Shown one piece after another: positions 36,031 to 49,775 of a stretch of 64,000 nt of DNA; the stretch's first letter is position 1; each line of letters begins with the position of its first letter. The notes under the pieces are model-generated. The model did not search any database. It was not told where the DNA came from and was given only the letters and a program-made list of their open reading frames with translations. Location of the stretch: NCBI RefSeq assembly GCF_006345805.1, contig NC_043005.1, positions 27,156,001 through 27,220,000 on the forward strand, read 5' to 3'. Both the position numbers and the translations under genes were made by a program. This DNA comes from Octopus sinensis. Its lineage: Eukaryota.

Positions 36031-37125
36031 CATGTTGGACCGTTGAACTCTGCGCATTTTTTCTCTCTTCATTTTTTCCCTCTTATTGCTTTCTGTTGAA
36101 GAGCATAGGCTCAAAACATAAAGGGCTTTTCTATTCTTTCTGTGCTACCGGCATGGGTGCCAATCAGGCAGTACTGTCATCAGCCACGACAATGACTTCA
36201 CTTGATTCAACAGGTCTTCGCAAGCACAGTTTATTGTCCAATGATGGAAGGGTACTCTTAAATGGGCCGGTTATGTTGTACTGCCATAGGCCATGGTTAC
36301 AGTCTCACTTACCTTGCTGGGTCTTCTCAAGCACAACATATCTCCAAAAGTCTTGATCACTTATCATCACCTCCATAAGGCCCAACGTTTGAAGGTCGTG
36401 CTTCACCATCTCATTATCCTTTTCACCATCATCATCATCATTGTTTAACATCTATTGTCCATGCTGGCATGGGTTGGACAGTTTGACTGGGCTGGCACTC
36501 TGGAAGGCTGTGCAAGGCTCCAGTCTGATTTGGTATGGTTTTCTAAGGCTGGATGCCCTTCCTAATGCCAACCACTCTGAGAGTGTAATGGGTGTTTTTA
36601 TGTGACACCGATATCTTCCACGATTGCAGTTTTGCTCGGTTTGATGGGTCTTCTTCTCAAGCATGACATAATGCCAAAGGTCTTGGTCATTGCCTCCATA
36701 AGGCCCAACATTTGAAAGGAGCTCAGCCACTTTGCCTTCATGAAGCCCAACACTTGAAAGGAACTCAGCCACTTGCCTGAGTGTATATATGTATGTGTGT
36801 GTATGTGTATGTATGTATAGGGCATCCAGCTGTAGAAATCATGCCAAATTAGACTGGAGTCTGGTGCAGCCTTCAAACATGCCAGCCCAGTCAAACCATC
36901 CAACCCAAACTAGCATGGACAAGATATTAAATATATATATATGACAGGCTTCTTTCAGTTTCTGTTTGTCAAATCTATTCACAAAACTTTGGTTGGCTCA
37001 GAGCTATAGAGCAGAAAACACCTGCCCAAAATGTCACACATTGGGACTAAGCCTAAAAATGTGTGGTTGGGAAACAAAATTGTTAACCAAACAGTCAAGC
37101 TTGTACCTATGTAGGTGTGTATGTA

Positions 37126-37984
37126 CAGGGTGCAGTGAATAAACTGTCATCTAAATTATGCAAAAATGAAAATAACACACAGATCTCATTTTAACAGATA
37201 TATTTACCAAAATTACATAAAAATATCTTGAAATACTTAAGAGTAAATTTTTTCAATAAAATCGCCATTGGCTTCAACCACGGCCTCCACACGACTTTGG
37301 AATTTCCTGCAGCTCTTCTGGATGATCTCCTTGTTTAAATTGACGAATGCTGACATAATCCTTGCCTTCAGTTTTTCTTTGGTGTTACAAGGAGTTTTGT
37401 TGGTCTGTTGCTCAACTGTGCCCCACACATAATAATCAAGGAGGTTGCAGTCTGGGGAGTTAGGTGACCAGATGTTAGGGGTGATGTGGTCACAGAAATT
37501 GTCTGACAGCCATGACTGGATTCCCCTGCTTGTGTGACATGGTGCAGAGTCCTGTTGCCAGACATAGGGTCTTTCAGCAGCCCCCCTCTTGACCCGGGGC
37601 AGCTTGATGTAGGACTCTGTGTCAAGTCTGAAACCATGTGGAAAGCCGTTTGGAATGGAGTCATAACATTGCCATCACTAGTGATCATTCCAAACACCAT
37701 GATGTTGACTGGATGTTTGATTTTTATCACTCTCAGTACATGTCCTCAGATTGCTACCCAAATACTCTGAAATGTTCATATTGGAGTTTCCAGCATGAAT
37801 GCCATGCAATACAGCATGTCGTTTTCAAATTTCTAGCAGAGTGAATTGTGTCATGGTGTTGTTTTTTTCACAGACAGTGCCCAACTGACCCTACTATACT
37901 GTGTAGTCGACAAAATCAAAAACAAACAATGAACACGCGCAAAATTAAGAGTTTAAAATGGTGACAATTTACCCATTGCACCTG
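37126..37984 (-). mobile_element. Internally deleted DD37D (maT-like) Tc1/mariner element
   Basis: TA|CAGGGTGCA...TGCACCTG|TA termini. WQQDSAPCHT...WSPNSPDCNLLDYYVWG has 37 residues between D and D (counted). Confidence 0.85.
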
Positions 37985-37990
37985 TATTTA

Positions 37991-38027
<37 letters not shown>

Positions 38028-38543
38028 GTATATACAATTAGACTGGAGCCTGGTGCAGCCTTCTGGCTTCCCAGAACCCCGGTCGAACCGTCCAACCCAT
38101 GCTAGCATGGAGAACGGACGTTAAACGACGATGATGACGATGATGATACACACATACACTCTGGATTTCATGTTTCCAGAAACATTACACTCAAACCATT
38201 GATGGAAGGTGGGGGCTCCTCAGCTTATAAATGAATAAAATTTACAACTGTTCTGTTATACTATATTGAAACAAATTCCATGTGATTTCCTAAGCCGTCT
38301 CACCACCACCACCACCACCACCACGATAGCACTTTTCCACAAGACACCCCTCCCCCCAGCCCCATCAGATTATAAACTAAAACAAAAGAAATTCAACAAC
38401 AGTTCCTTTATGTTCTTGCTTTAACACCCTTTCGGAATCAGTAATATGATCTAGCCGTACATTGCAAAATGTCCCCTTATCATTCACAGATCTTTTAGGT
38501 CCCTAAAATAGTCATGACATATTGTCATGTGATCCCCATATAT

Positions 38544-38593
<50 letters not shown>

Positions 38594-40628
38594 TATCTGA
38601 TCACTATACAACTGATATATATTATCTGGACTTTATGTAGGTTCTTGTGCAACCTGTTGACCCCTATTTAATCTATAAATGTCCCTATCACAATCTTATA
38701 TATCATCATCATCATCATCATCATCATCGTTTAACGTCTGCTTTCCATGCTGGCATGGGTTGGACAGTTTGACTGAGGACTGGGAGGCTTGCACGAGGCT
38801 CCAATCCAATCTGGCAAAGTTTCTACAGCTGGATGCCCTTCCTAATGCCAACCACTCCGAGAATGTAGTGGGTGCTTTTACGTGCCATCGGCATGAGGAC
38901 CAGTCAGACTGTTCTGGCAATGACCATGCTCAAAAGGTGTTTTATGTGCTACCTGCACGGGAGCCAGTCCAACGGCACTGGCAACGATTACGCTCAAATG
39001 TTGTTTTTCACATGCAGCTGGCACATGTGCTGGTAAGGCGACACTGGCAATGATCACACTCGAATGGTGTTTTTTACGTGCCACTGGCATGGGAGGAAAT
39101 CCGTGGCCCTGGCAACAATCATGCTCGGATGTGATTCTAACATTCCACTGGCATGAGTGCCAATCAGGCAGTACTGTCATTAGCCACGTCAGCGATTTTG
39201 ATTTGTTTGCACTCGCCTCAATAGGTCTTCACAAGCAAAGTTCATTGTCCATTGAATGAGGGGTACTCATAAGTGGGCTGGTTACACCCCATATTTGGAT
39301 GTGCTTTTTACATTCCACTGGCATGAGTGCCAATCAGGTGGTACTGTCATCAGCCACGTCAGTGATTTTGATTTTGATCATATAGCTTGTGCATCTATGT
39401 AAACACATGATACCTTTCTACACACACTATATAACTTGTATGTGATTATGTTCAATGGCCCTACATTCTGTATGACTGGTAAAATATTCAATACACCTTC
39501 CTAGTGTATAACCTATGTTTATATTCAACAAACCCTACCTATTATGTAGATATGTGTTTATATTCAACACTCTTCGACATACTATATAGCTTGTATGTTT
39601 TAATATCCTACAATAGGTGCAGGTGTGGCTGTGTAGTAAGAGATTTGTCTCCCTACTACAAGGCTCCAGGTTCAGTCCCACCATGGGCAAGCATCTTCTA
39701 CTATAGCCTCAGGCCAACCAAAACCTTGTGAGTTGATTTGGTTGACAGAAACTGAAAGAAGCCCATCGTGTATGTGTTTGTGTTTGTCCCCACTGTCATT
39801 TGGCAACTAGTGTTGGTGTATCTACATCCCCATAACTTAGTGGTTCAGCAAAGGAGTCTGATAGAATAAGTACTGGGCGTCAAGTACTGGGGTTGATGTG
39901 TTTCAACTCAAATTGCTCAAGGTGGTGCCCCAGCATGGCCACAGTCTAAATGACTGAAACAAGTAAAAGATAATCCTATGTACTACATAGTATGTGTTAA
40001 TGATGAACACCCTTCTAGTCTCTTGATGGCATTAGGTCTGTATATTCAACACACTCTCATCTAGAAAATTTCTATTTGTAAATCTCACAATGAGAGATAT
40101 TCAGCAACAGTACTTTGGAGTAAAGATTGTTTGCCAACATAACATGGCAGTCCTGATTTAGGACTAATGTTGCTGTAATTTAGCCCCAGGAGACATCTAG
40201 ATTCCCTTGTTCGAAAATATAAGGACACAGATATATATATATACACACACGTATATATTCATATGTATGTATTTGTGTGTCTGTGTTTGCCCCTCCCCTC
40301 CCAATCGTTTGACAATCGATGTTGGTGTGTTTACATCCCCATAACTTAGTGGTTTGGCAAAAGAGACCAATAGAATAAGTACTAGGCTTACAAAGAATAA
40401 GTCCTGGGGTTGATTGCTTTGACTATAGGCAGTGCTCCAACATGGCCACAGTCAAATGACTGAAACAAATAAAAGAATATATATATGTATGTATGTGTGT
40501 GTATATAGATATATGTATATATATGTGTATGTTTATATATGCATATGTATATATATATATATGCATATGTATGTGTGTGTGTATATATATATATGTTTAT
40601 GTATGCATATGTATGTATATGATGATGA

Positions 40629-40670
<42 letters not shown>

Positions 40671-41845
40671 GTATGCATATGTATATATATATATATTTAT
40701 GTATGCATATGTATATATCATCATCATCATCGTTTAGCGTCCGCTTTCCATGCTGGCATGGGTTGGACGGTGCAACTGGGGTCTGGGAAGCCAGAAGGCT
40801 GCACCAGGCCCAGTCTAATTTGGCAATGTTTCTACGGCTGGATGCCCTTCCTAACGCCAACCACTCCATGAGTGTAGTGGGTGCTTTTTACGTGCCACCG
40901 GCACAGAGGCCAGGCCAGGCTGGCAACGGCCACGATCGAATGGTGCTTTGTGTATGTATATATACAGTGTGTGTGTGTATATATGGCTTCTTCATATTCT
41001 GGCTACCAATTTTATTCACAAAGTTTTAGTTGCCATGGTTATAGTACAACATTGACAACATCCGTACAGTGTGATTGAACCTTTAATCAAGTTGTTCTAA
41101 CCAGACAGGCATGATAAGATATAATGTCTGAGTGAACTCTCAATCAAGAGAGTGATGATTGCCCCCCACCCATCCCGTCACTAGTTCTGTCTTTTGTCTG
41201 TAACTAACTCACTAAAAGTCCAATAGTCCAGTTCACCGATCCGCAAACAGGTACCATGGGGCGGAGGCAGTGATGCCACTGCTGTCCAGTTCATTCAAGT
41301 GTTTAGAGAGTCTGCCATCACTGATAATCACCATGCCATGGATTTTTACCAAATTTTCATGTTTTCACTTCAAACTATTTTCATATTTATTTTGCAAAGT
41401 TCATCATCATCACCATCATCATCATTTAACATCTGTTTTTCATGCTGGCATGGGTTGGTCGGTTTGACTGTGATCTCGCCTGGCTTGACGGGTCTTCTCA
41501 AGCATGGCATATCACCAAAGGTCTCAGTCGCTTGTGCTTGCTTCTGTGGGGCCCAACATTTGAAAATTGCACTTCACCACCTCGTCCCATGCTTTCCCGG
41601 GTCTATCTCTTGCACAGGTTCCCTCCACTGTTAGAGTGCGACACTTATTCACACAGCAGTGCTCATCCATACACATCACATTCTTGATGCAAAATCGTTT
41701 TTTGAAACGGGTTGTTGTATATTGGGAGGGTCATACAACCAATAAGAATACACACATTGGTTATGTTTTACTTCATTTTTGTTGCTAATGAATTAAGTAA
41801 TTAATCACTTAATTAATTGAAAACTACTGTGTTTTCTTTCTACAG

Positions 41846-41971
41846 TAGATGCAGAACGCATCATCCGAGCTGGTGGTGTCCGTTTCAACCACCAGAGGGT
41901 TGCAGAACCAGATATGGTTTTACAGGAAGGTCAGCATATACTCTCAAATAAGTTATCCCTCATCCGTGTTG
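41846..41971 (+). CDS. YARS2: YARS2 exon 12, S4-like domain (DAERIIRAGGVRFNHQRVAEPDMVLQEGQHILSNKLSLIRV)
   Basis: ctttctacag acceptor and gtaagt donor. R.I..GGV..N.Q.V..P...L..GQHIL.N.LSL motif. It follows a 14.3 kb intron. Confidence 0.95.
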
Positions 41972-42803
41972 GTAAGTACTGTTATATTTGCTACATTTTA
42001 GCTTCTCCTTTGTTTGTTTCCCCTCTTATAGGCATACATTCATACATTCATATAAACCCTGTTGTGATTGATGTTGCTTTTTAGTTCTGAGGTTGATAAA
42101 ATTCAAGAACCAGTCATGTACCAAGGCTGATTAAATCAATATCACCTCTTCCTAAAATGTGTTATACAACAGTCTTAGAAATTAGAGCTGATGATGACTA
42201 ATGCAATGGTCATTGATTTTGGGTTCAGTTAGAAGGAGACCCTAGATGGTAGACATTTGCTAACATTGGTATTCAAAAAATATGAAAGTTTATTGTTCAG
42301 AGGGTATAGAGCCTTTCATGGCTTGGCTTGTCAAAAAAAATGATAATAAAATAACATAATACTAACAGGTACTTTTGGTGGTGCAAGCTTCAAGTATGAG
42401 AAGTGGAATGCAGCTAGAGGGCTATGGGTGAAGTGGGGCTCTGATTTAACCCAGGTTACTTGTCTGTGCACAAGTGGGATGTCTTCATTGGTTGCCTCTC
42501 TAACTACCCATTTACTTATATTTATTTCTTTATTGCCCACAGGGGGCTAAACACAGAGGAGACAAACAAGGACAGGCAAAGGGATTAAGTCATTTACATC
42601 GATTCCAGTGTGTAACTGGTACTTATTTAGTCCATCCCGAAAGGATGAAAGGCAAAGTTGACCTCAGCGGAATTTGAACTCAGAACATAACAACAGATGA
42701 AATACCAACAAGCATTTCACCCAGCGTACTAACGTTTCTGCCAGCTCATCACCTTTTACTTATATTTCTGTGCATATGTGTACATTTGTGTGTGTGTGTA
42801 GAT

Positions 42804-43022
42804 CAGTGCTTTTCAACCTTTTTGCTGAAGCGGAACCCCAAGGAAACATTCCACTGGCTCGAGGAACCCCTGTGCAATAATTTAATTGTCTTATGCACAC
42901 ATATCTCCACAGGAGAATTAAAAATTACTGTCGATTTTAGCATTTTTGTAACTTCTTGCGGAACCCCTGGACTGTACTGGCAGAACCCTAAGGTTCCGCG
43001 GAACCCTGGTTGAAAACCACTG
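42804..43022. mobile_element. hAT-type MITE
   Basis: CAGTGCTTTTCAACC / GGTTGAAAACCACTG TIRs with perfect 8-bp TSD GTGTAGAT. Confidence 0.92.
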
Positions 43023-43624
43023 GTGTAGATAAATATCCTGAAAAGCATAAATTTTACAGATATATCATAATTCAATTACTTTAAATGACTGTCTGATTAG
43101 GAATAAACCTAATTACATCTATAGTGACATAATTAAAAATACATAATTAATGAAAATTAATTTAAATTTACTTTAAATCAATTTTATTAATTATGTACTT
43201 TTGAATTCAATTATACTTATTCACAATGAAACAGCTGTTGAAAGTAATTAACTTACACATCTGTGAAATTTATGCTTTCCGGCATTTTATTGTAAATATG
43301 TGTTTCTCTTAAGGATCGTTTTAGCCAATAATGTGTCTCTATGCAAACTTCCTGCTCTGGATTTAATAAAATGCGATAATGTGCTGCACACTAAGGATCT
43401 ATTGTTAATTGAGCTCTTATTTATTGTATGTGTGTGTGTATATATATACACACACACAAAATATGGGGATTTAGTTAACAGGTGATCTAAACAATTAGGT
43501 ACACTAGGTAAGTACTGTAACAGATTACTAGGGCTCCAAGGTTGTAGCCGGGACAGTAGTTATGGAGCCATTGCAGATTTCCGATATTATATATATATAT
43601 AGACACACACACGCACATATATAT

Positions 43625-43689
<65 letters not shown>

Positions 43690-43732
43690 TATACACATAT
43701 ACACACATACACATATATATATACATACATAT

Positions 43733-43765
<33 letters not shown>

Positions 43766-43831
43766 CACATACACATATATATATGTATGCATTAGTGAAG
43801 TTTGTAGAAGTTAAGATAATGAACATTTTTT

Positions 43832-43938
43832 AATTTAATAACATTTGATTGATATTTGTCCTCATCTTGTTTGTTGTTAACACAACATGTACATAATGTA
43901 AATAATGTACATAATTCCTCATCTCTTAAATATAGAAC
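43832..43938. mobile_element. Short member of the hammerhead-bearing (Penelope-like) family, ribozyme core absent
   Basis: GATATTTGTCCTCATCTTGTTTGTTGTTAACACAAC followed by the family 3' end ATGTAAATAATGTACATAATTCCTCATCTCTTAAATATAGAAC. Confidence 0.7.
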
Positions 43939-44011
43939 TGTATTATGATAATGAATATTGCAAGTTCATTAATTATGATTGTTAATGATTAATTATTGTA
44001 TAATATTTAAG

Positions 44012-44049
44012 GTAAAAAGAACCATTATATTGTGAAGTGGCTCCCATAA
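44012..44049 (+). CDS. YARS2: YARS2 last coding exon (GKKNHYIVKWLP-stop)
   Basis: atttaag acceptor in phase 1. GK.N.YI.KWL matches the TyrRS C-terminus, TAA at 44047-44049. Summed exons = 1386 nt (461 aa + stop). Confidence 0.9.
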
Positions 44050-45694
44050 ACCGTTTCACCTGGATGACAGTTTATTCATGGCTACCAATGTAATTCAAGA
44101 TTCTGAGGCAACTGAAGGAGATCGGATAGAGGAATTGGTGAACAGTAATGATGGCACTAATTGAAGAAAGAACCACCTGTCTTTTTTCACTAATATCTAT
44201 TCTTGATGATTGTATTGACCAAATCTTGGAGAATATACATGAATTTTAGATGATTCCATGATGCCACAGTGGACCTTGCACTAGCTCTGGTCACCATATT
44301 TTTTTTATCTATCATGATTGCTTTTGATTATTTCTTAATTTTGGATGTCATGTTGACACAATATCTTAATTGCTATTCTTCCCGACTGTCTCAAAAGGAT
44401 ATTCTTGGACTGAGTATTGAACCTGAAACTTGTATTTTATAAACTGGGTTTGGACCTGAACTTGTGTCATTGGTTCATTTGTTTAAATTTTCATTTTCTT
44501 CCATGCTAGTATGGCTTGGATGGGAATTGATGTTGAGGCAGGATTTTCTGGTGGGATGCCTTTCCTGTCACCAATCCTCACCTGTATCCAAGCAATGGAG
44601 AGACCTGACTTGTACAGAAGATAGCAAATGAATAACATCACTTGAACTACAATTGACACTCATTTTACATCCATCATATGAGATCAAAACAAACAGACAC
44701 ACCCACCTACATACACATATTTATTTGAGGTTGAATTTTACTGCTGGATTCTCTTGCTGTTGCCAACTTTTACCTTTTACCAGAACATAAAAGTGTTTTA
44801 GTTATCTGCAGGTCATTGAAAGTACAGAGCAGCTGGTCATACTATCAACACAGATGTAACCATCAGCACTATTTCTTTGAAATAGAGACAAGTGCACACA
44901 CACACACACACACACACATACACACAAATGTAATAGGCTTTCTACAATGTCCAGATTCATTCACAAATCATTGGTCACTTAGGTGGTGTGCAGAAGACAG
45001 TTCTTGGCCAAGGTGCTGTAAAGTAGGACTGAACCTGAACACATAGGTTTGCGAAATGTACCTCTTAGCCACATGGCCCTGCCTGCGCCTGGAATATTGA
45101 AGACAATTGCTTTAAGTACTTTACAAAATGGTTACATTATTGTTCTGTGGGGTACTACAACTGTGGGTGGAATATCAAACCATTCCACCTATGCCAGCAT
45201 GGACAACAGATTTTAAATGATGGTGGTGGTGAGTTGTCTTACTAAAGTATAGTTTGCTGGATTGATCTCTAACATTGCCAGGAACATCACCTGAAGACTG
45301 TTGGAAAGAATATCCCGATTGAAAAATTGTCAGCAATGTATCTAATGACATGAAAAATAATTCAGAGGTGGAACCTCAAAGACAGTCTCTGTTTCTTAGG
45401 AACTGCTGAATGTCTTTTTGACTACATATTCCAGTGGCTGATTTCTTCTCACTGACCAATCTTAGTACCAAATGTTAGATTGAGACAGATCGCCAACAGA
45501 ATCAAGAAATTTTGTATATCTCGAAAAGAATATGATTAAAAAATAATTAATAAAACAATCACAAAATGTCAGGTTGTTTTATTATATTTTCTTTTAAATT
45601 TGAACTCTTAATTTGTTTGTTATTTTCTTTTGTATTTTGATTGTTTTCTTTACTGTTTGTTGGTAGACTGTTTTTTTTTTACTAGGATCTGGAT

Positions 45695-45952
45695 TGAGTG
45701 TCTTGTCTAAGAAATTGATGGTGCAGTATCTTAACTAATTGACTGAGAATGAAGTGTCTTGTCTAAGAGACAGGGTGGAGTGCCTTGTCTGAGAGACATT
45801 GATTGAGTGTCTCGCCTAAGAGGCAGAGGGTAGAATATCTTGTATAAGAGATTGAGGGCGGAGTATCTTGTCTGAGGGTTGAGTGTCTTGACAAAGAGAT
45901 AAGGTAATATGTCTTGTCTAAGAGGTCATGGGTAGAGTGTCTTGTCCCAAGT
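45695..45952. repeat. Degenerate ~27-bp minisatellite with conserved GAGTGTCTTGTCTAAGAG core, ~10 copies
   Basis: The core recurs at ~45696, 45724, 45752, 45778, 45805, 45833, 45861, 45881, 45909 and 45935, with variable linkers. Confidence 0.8.
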
Positions 45953-45993
45953 CTACAACTCAGTGGTCTGGCACTGAAATCTAATTGGAACTA

Positions 45994-46217
45994 CAGTAAT
46001 CCCTCACCATATTGCAGTTCACCTGTCACAATTTATTATTTAAGCTTATGTCGATTCCTCTGTGGTGTTGTCTTGCATTTATAATAAAATAGATAAATAC
46101 AAATTATAAAATAATAATAAAAAATATACAGTACAGTACTGTTTCTACTTTGTGGATTTCCATCTATCACGGGGGTTGGGTTGGAATGTAACATCCGCGA
46201 TGGTCGAGGGATTGTTG
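45994..46217. mobile_element. Tigger/pogo-like MITE
   Basis: TA|CAGTAATCCCTCACCAT ... ATGGTCGAGGGATTGTTG|TA. Confidence 0.7.
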
Positions 46218-48138
46218 TACATCATTTATTGGTCACTCAAAGCAGAATGAGGGTTTGTGTTTGTGTATATATTTATGTGTCTGCAGGCGTGCATAGGTGT
46301 TTAGCAATATGGCTGAGTGTTTTTGACAATGTTCATGCCTGCTTGTCATGTGTAATGCATATGTGCTCTTGTGTCTCTATAAGAAATCACTGTTGGCTCT
46401 ATTGTATCCTTGAAGACTAGGTCTTTGGATTTCAATTTTGCTCACATTTTTGGCACTTATGTCTGCTAAGACTCCCTCTCATTCTTGCAGGACCTTTCTG
46501 CCTGGTTAAGGAGAGGATGTTAGTGTTTCTTGACACTACAATATGGAAGAGAATAATGCAAGTGCGAGGTGTAAACTGTCTCAACTAATGCACTTGCAGG
46601 TTTATAAGGCACTTCTGTGTGTATTTATGTATGTTTTCCTTTTATTTTGGGTCTTGAGAAGGCACAGTACTCAGGCGCTTTGCAGGCTTCCTTAAAAGGG
46701 TGAGATTGATGCCATTAACATTTCTCTTCCGGTGGGAAAGACATGAGCAGTGGTGGTAGAGATTCCAGAAGGATGAGAACCTGGGGAAGAAGGATTAGGT
46801 ATAGTGACTTAACTTAGCAGATATAGCAACTTGAGAAAACTTAGTACTTTCAAAATGAACGAACGTATGTGTTTTTATAGTACGACCACATCAGATGCGT
46901 ATAACGGGGACGATATCTTAGTAACTCCTCTGATTAATAACTTTAATAGAATAAATAAGACTTCTTATAACTACATACAAAATTGAATGTATAATTATGA
47001 AACCGTGGCAAATGTCCCCAGATAACTTATATCCAAGGAAGAATATAACATATAAGTCCTCAGTCAAAACACCTGAGTATGCCTGTTGTTACATAGGCGC
47101 TTCTGCTACAAAATTCAAGGCCCGATACCTAATCTCATTCATTCTTTTTAAATAAAAATAAATGCAACTGCTCGTCACATGTCCAATTCATATGGGGCAT
47201 CAAAAGGAGAAACATAGACTGTTCTGTTTCGTAGTCTATTACAGGTAGTGCTCTTTCTTACAGAGGGAGCTGTGAAAACTATAATTTATGCTTCTGTTTA
47301 CTCGTAAACCCTACCTAATTAATAAATGTAACATGCTATTAATTCGTTCTCATTTAGATAGCAAAACATTTTAAAACTTTCCACAGAAAAATCCTGCATA
47401 ATTAACTTACTTGGGAATAAATAAAATCAATGCTAAAGTTTATCTACCTACTTTATAATATACTCTTTTCCTAATTAATTGTTTATCTAATCCTTAATTA
47501 GTTCAATTTCTTTAATTTAATTGAATCCACTTTAACCGTTGTAAGTCCGAAATTTCTCGAAAGAAATAGACGAATTATTAACTTGTAAATTCTACACACT
47601 GTTACTCTGTACCTAGTCGGCATTCTCTCGATTCTTTTCCCTCTTATAGTTGTTTTATCACTGACTGACCAGTAAGCAAAGGTAACAGCAATCGTCTTCC
47701 CTAAAGTATGTTCTTATAGACTAACATACTCCAACATTTGATGACATTTGGAACCCTCAGAACTGAGAATTTGGCAAAGACAAAACGAATCATATGTCCA
47801 TTATCTATAATTTCATTTCCACTAGTTTTGTTGGCAGTAGATTTCGAAAAAATCTAACATAACGTTTATACTCTGAAGAGAATGGATGGGGGGACTTACT
47901 GTTCTAGTAAATAACTGATTAATTAATTGACTGATTATGCATACAAGCCATTTTATGGCGTGGAAACAGTTCCTCAAGTCATTCCAAACGTTTGTAAATG
48001 AATAAAGTTGTGTAAGAATATAATTCTTTATTCGTTGTTCGATTGCTGTTCTACTCAGTGATTAATGTACCAACTTATCGATTAGTAAATAACCTCAGGT
48101 TTACAGTGTATACCTGACTCGGTATACTTAACCAATAA

Positions 48139-48375
48139 CGGCGGCGAGCTGGCAGAAACGTGAACACGCCGGACGAAATGCGTAGCCGTATTTCGTCTGC
48201 CGCTACGTTCTGAGTTCAAATTCCGCCGAGGTCGACTTTGCCTTTCATCCTTTCGGGGTCGATGAATTAAGTACCAGTTACGCACTGGGGTCGATATAAT
48301 CGACTTAATACGTATGTCTGTCCTTGTTTGTCCTCTCTGTGTTTAGCTCCTTGTGGGTAGTAAAGAAATAGGTAT
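48139..48375 (+). mobile_element. Full-length tRNA-derived SINE (family A)
   Basis: GGCGGCGAGCTGGCAGAA head, GAGTTCAAATTCC B box, GGGGTCGAT..TTAAGTACCAG core. Many other copies, e.g. 6600-6800 +, 28735-28965 -, 32860-33070 -, 42525-42760 -, 51200-51413 -. Confidence 0.85.
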
Positions 48376-48829
48376 ACTTAACCAATAACATTAAACCATT
48401 CACGGAACATTCTGTTAACCAGGTTTATTGCATGGAGCGCTGAGGTATTCGTTTGGATTTTTTCCCTACTTTCCTTCACTACACACGTGCATGCACGCAC
48501 ACACGCACGCACACACACACGCACACACACACACACACCATCATTTAACGCCCGTTTTCCATACTGCAGTTAGTGCAGTTGTACATGCAACCATCTTGCT
48601 CATAGTTCGCGATGGCAAACTATGTCGCAGAATTTAGCATGCCCTTATTGTGAGGTTGGAAGCAGTCGTGTGTGTACGTCTTTTTGCGAACAGCCGCATC
48701 AAAGTTCTTGCTCACCTCCTCCGACTGAACCCAGAACCATGTGGTTGGGAGGCAAGCTTCTTACCACACACTCACGCCTGCGCCTACATTTATAGTTTAT
48801 ATACAACTTATAGTACAAGACATCTCATC

Positions 48830-48960
48830 CGAGTTACAAAGTGGTTTCCGATGGAACCAAGACACATTAGATATATTCCTTATCGTTTCGCACCTTCGGC
48901 GGGAATGTAAAGAACAGGACTCGTTCATTGCATTTGTGAATTTGTTAAAGGTTTCTGATG
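48830..48960 (+). mobile_element. RTE RT fragment
   Basis: QSGFRWNQDTLDIFLIVSHLRRECKEQDSFIAFVNLLKVSD resembles RTE GFR...DQIF..RQL.EKC.E......FVDL.KAFD. A second diverged copy is at ~50225-50345. Confidence 0.6.
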
Positions 48961-49389
48961 CAGGAAAGAAAGGAATTAACCATGGTTTCTAAGCTAGGTA
49001 AAAAGGTAAAAAAAAACGTGTCATTTTACAGAGAGAGGATTAGCTGAAATCATTGACCCCTGGTACTTCACTGACACTTTATTTTATCAGTTTTGAAAGG
49101 ATGAAAGGCAAAGTCAAGAAGACAACTAAAATTACATGTACAGCAGACAAAATAAAACAGAAAAGTGAACAGTAAAAGCGGTTTAAAGAGGAAAGGGTAG
49201 ACAGGACATTTTCTGTACGATGTTCTCAGCGGGTTTGGTTGCTTGTCTGAAATCTCTCGCTATAGTTCCATAAAGAGATGAGGGTCCGAGTTGTTATTTG
49301 AGAGACGAAACCTGTGCACAAATACAAGTCAGATAACGTTGTATGCTGGTTCCGGTACTGTTTAATGTTTTCCTCATTTGTGTGACCAC

Positions 49390-49775
49390 AGGTGCAGGAG
49401 TGGTTGTGTGGTAAGTAGCTTGCTTACCAACTACATGATTCTAGGTTCAGTCCCACTGCATACCACCTTGGGCAAGTGTCTTCTACTATAGCCTTGGGCC
49501 GACCAAGGCCTTGTGAGTGGATTTGGTAGACGGAAACTGAAAGAAGCCCGTCATATATACGTATGTATGTGTTTGTGTATTTGTATTTGTCCCCCCACCA
49601 TCGCTTGACAACCGATGTTGGTGTGTTTACGTTCTCGTGACTTAGCGGTCCGGCAAAAAGAGACCGATAGAATAAGTACTAGGCTACAAAGAACAAGTCC
49701 TGGGGTCGATTTGTTCGACTAAAGGCGGTGCTCCAGCATGGCTGCAGTCAAATGACTGAAACAAATAAAAGAACA
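49390..49775 (+). mobile_element. Full-length tRNA-derived SINE (family B)
   Basis: GCAGGAGTGG.TGTGTGGTAAG head, GGTTCAGTCCC B box, internal microsatellite, 3' CAGTCAAATGACTGAAACAA. Copies at 18480-18890 -, 22940-23320 -, 29712-30110 +, 30555-30960 -, 39615-39975 +. Confidence 0.85.

Noticed and set aside
45695-45952. CRISPR-like repeat/spacer look (also the ~60-bp arrays)
   Set aside because: Eukaryotic context, degenerate repeats, spacers far too short or homologous to each other, and no cas genes.
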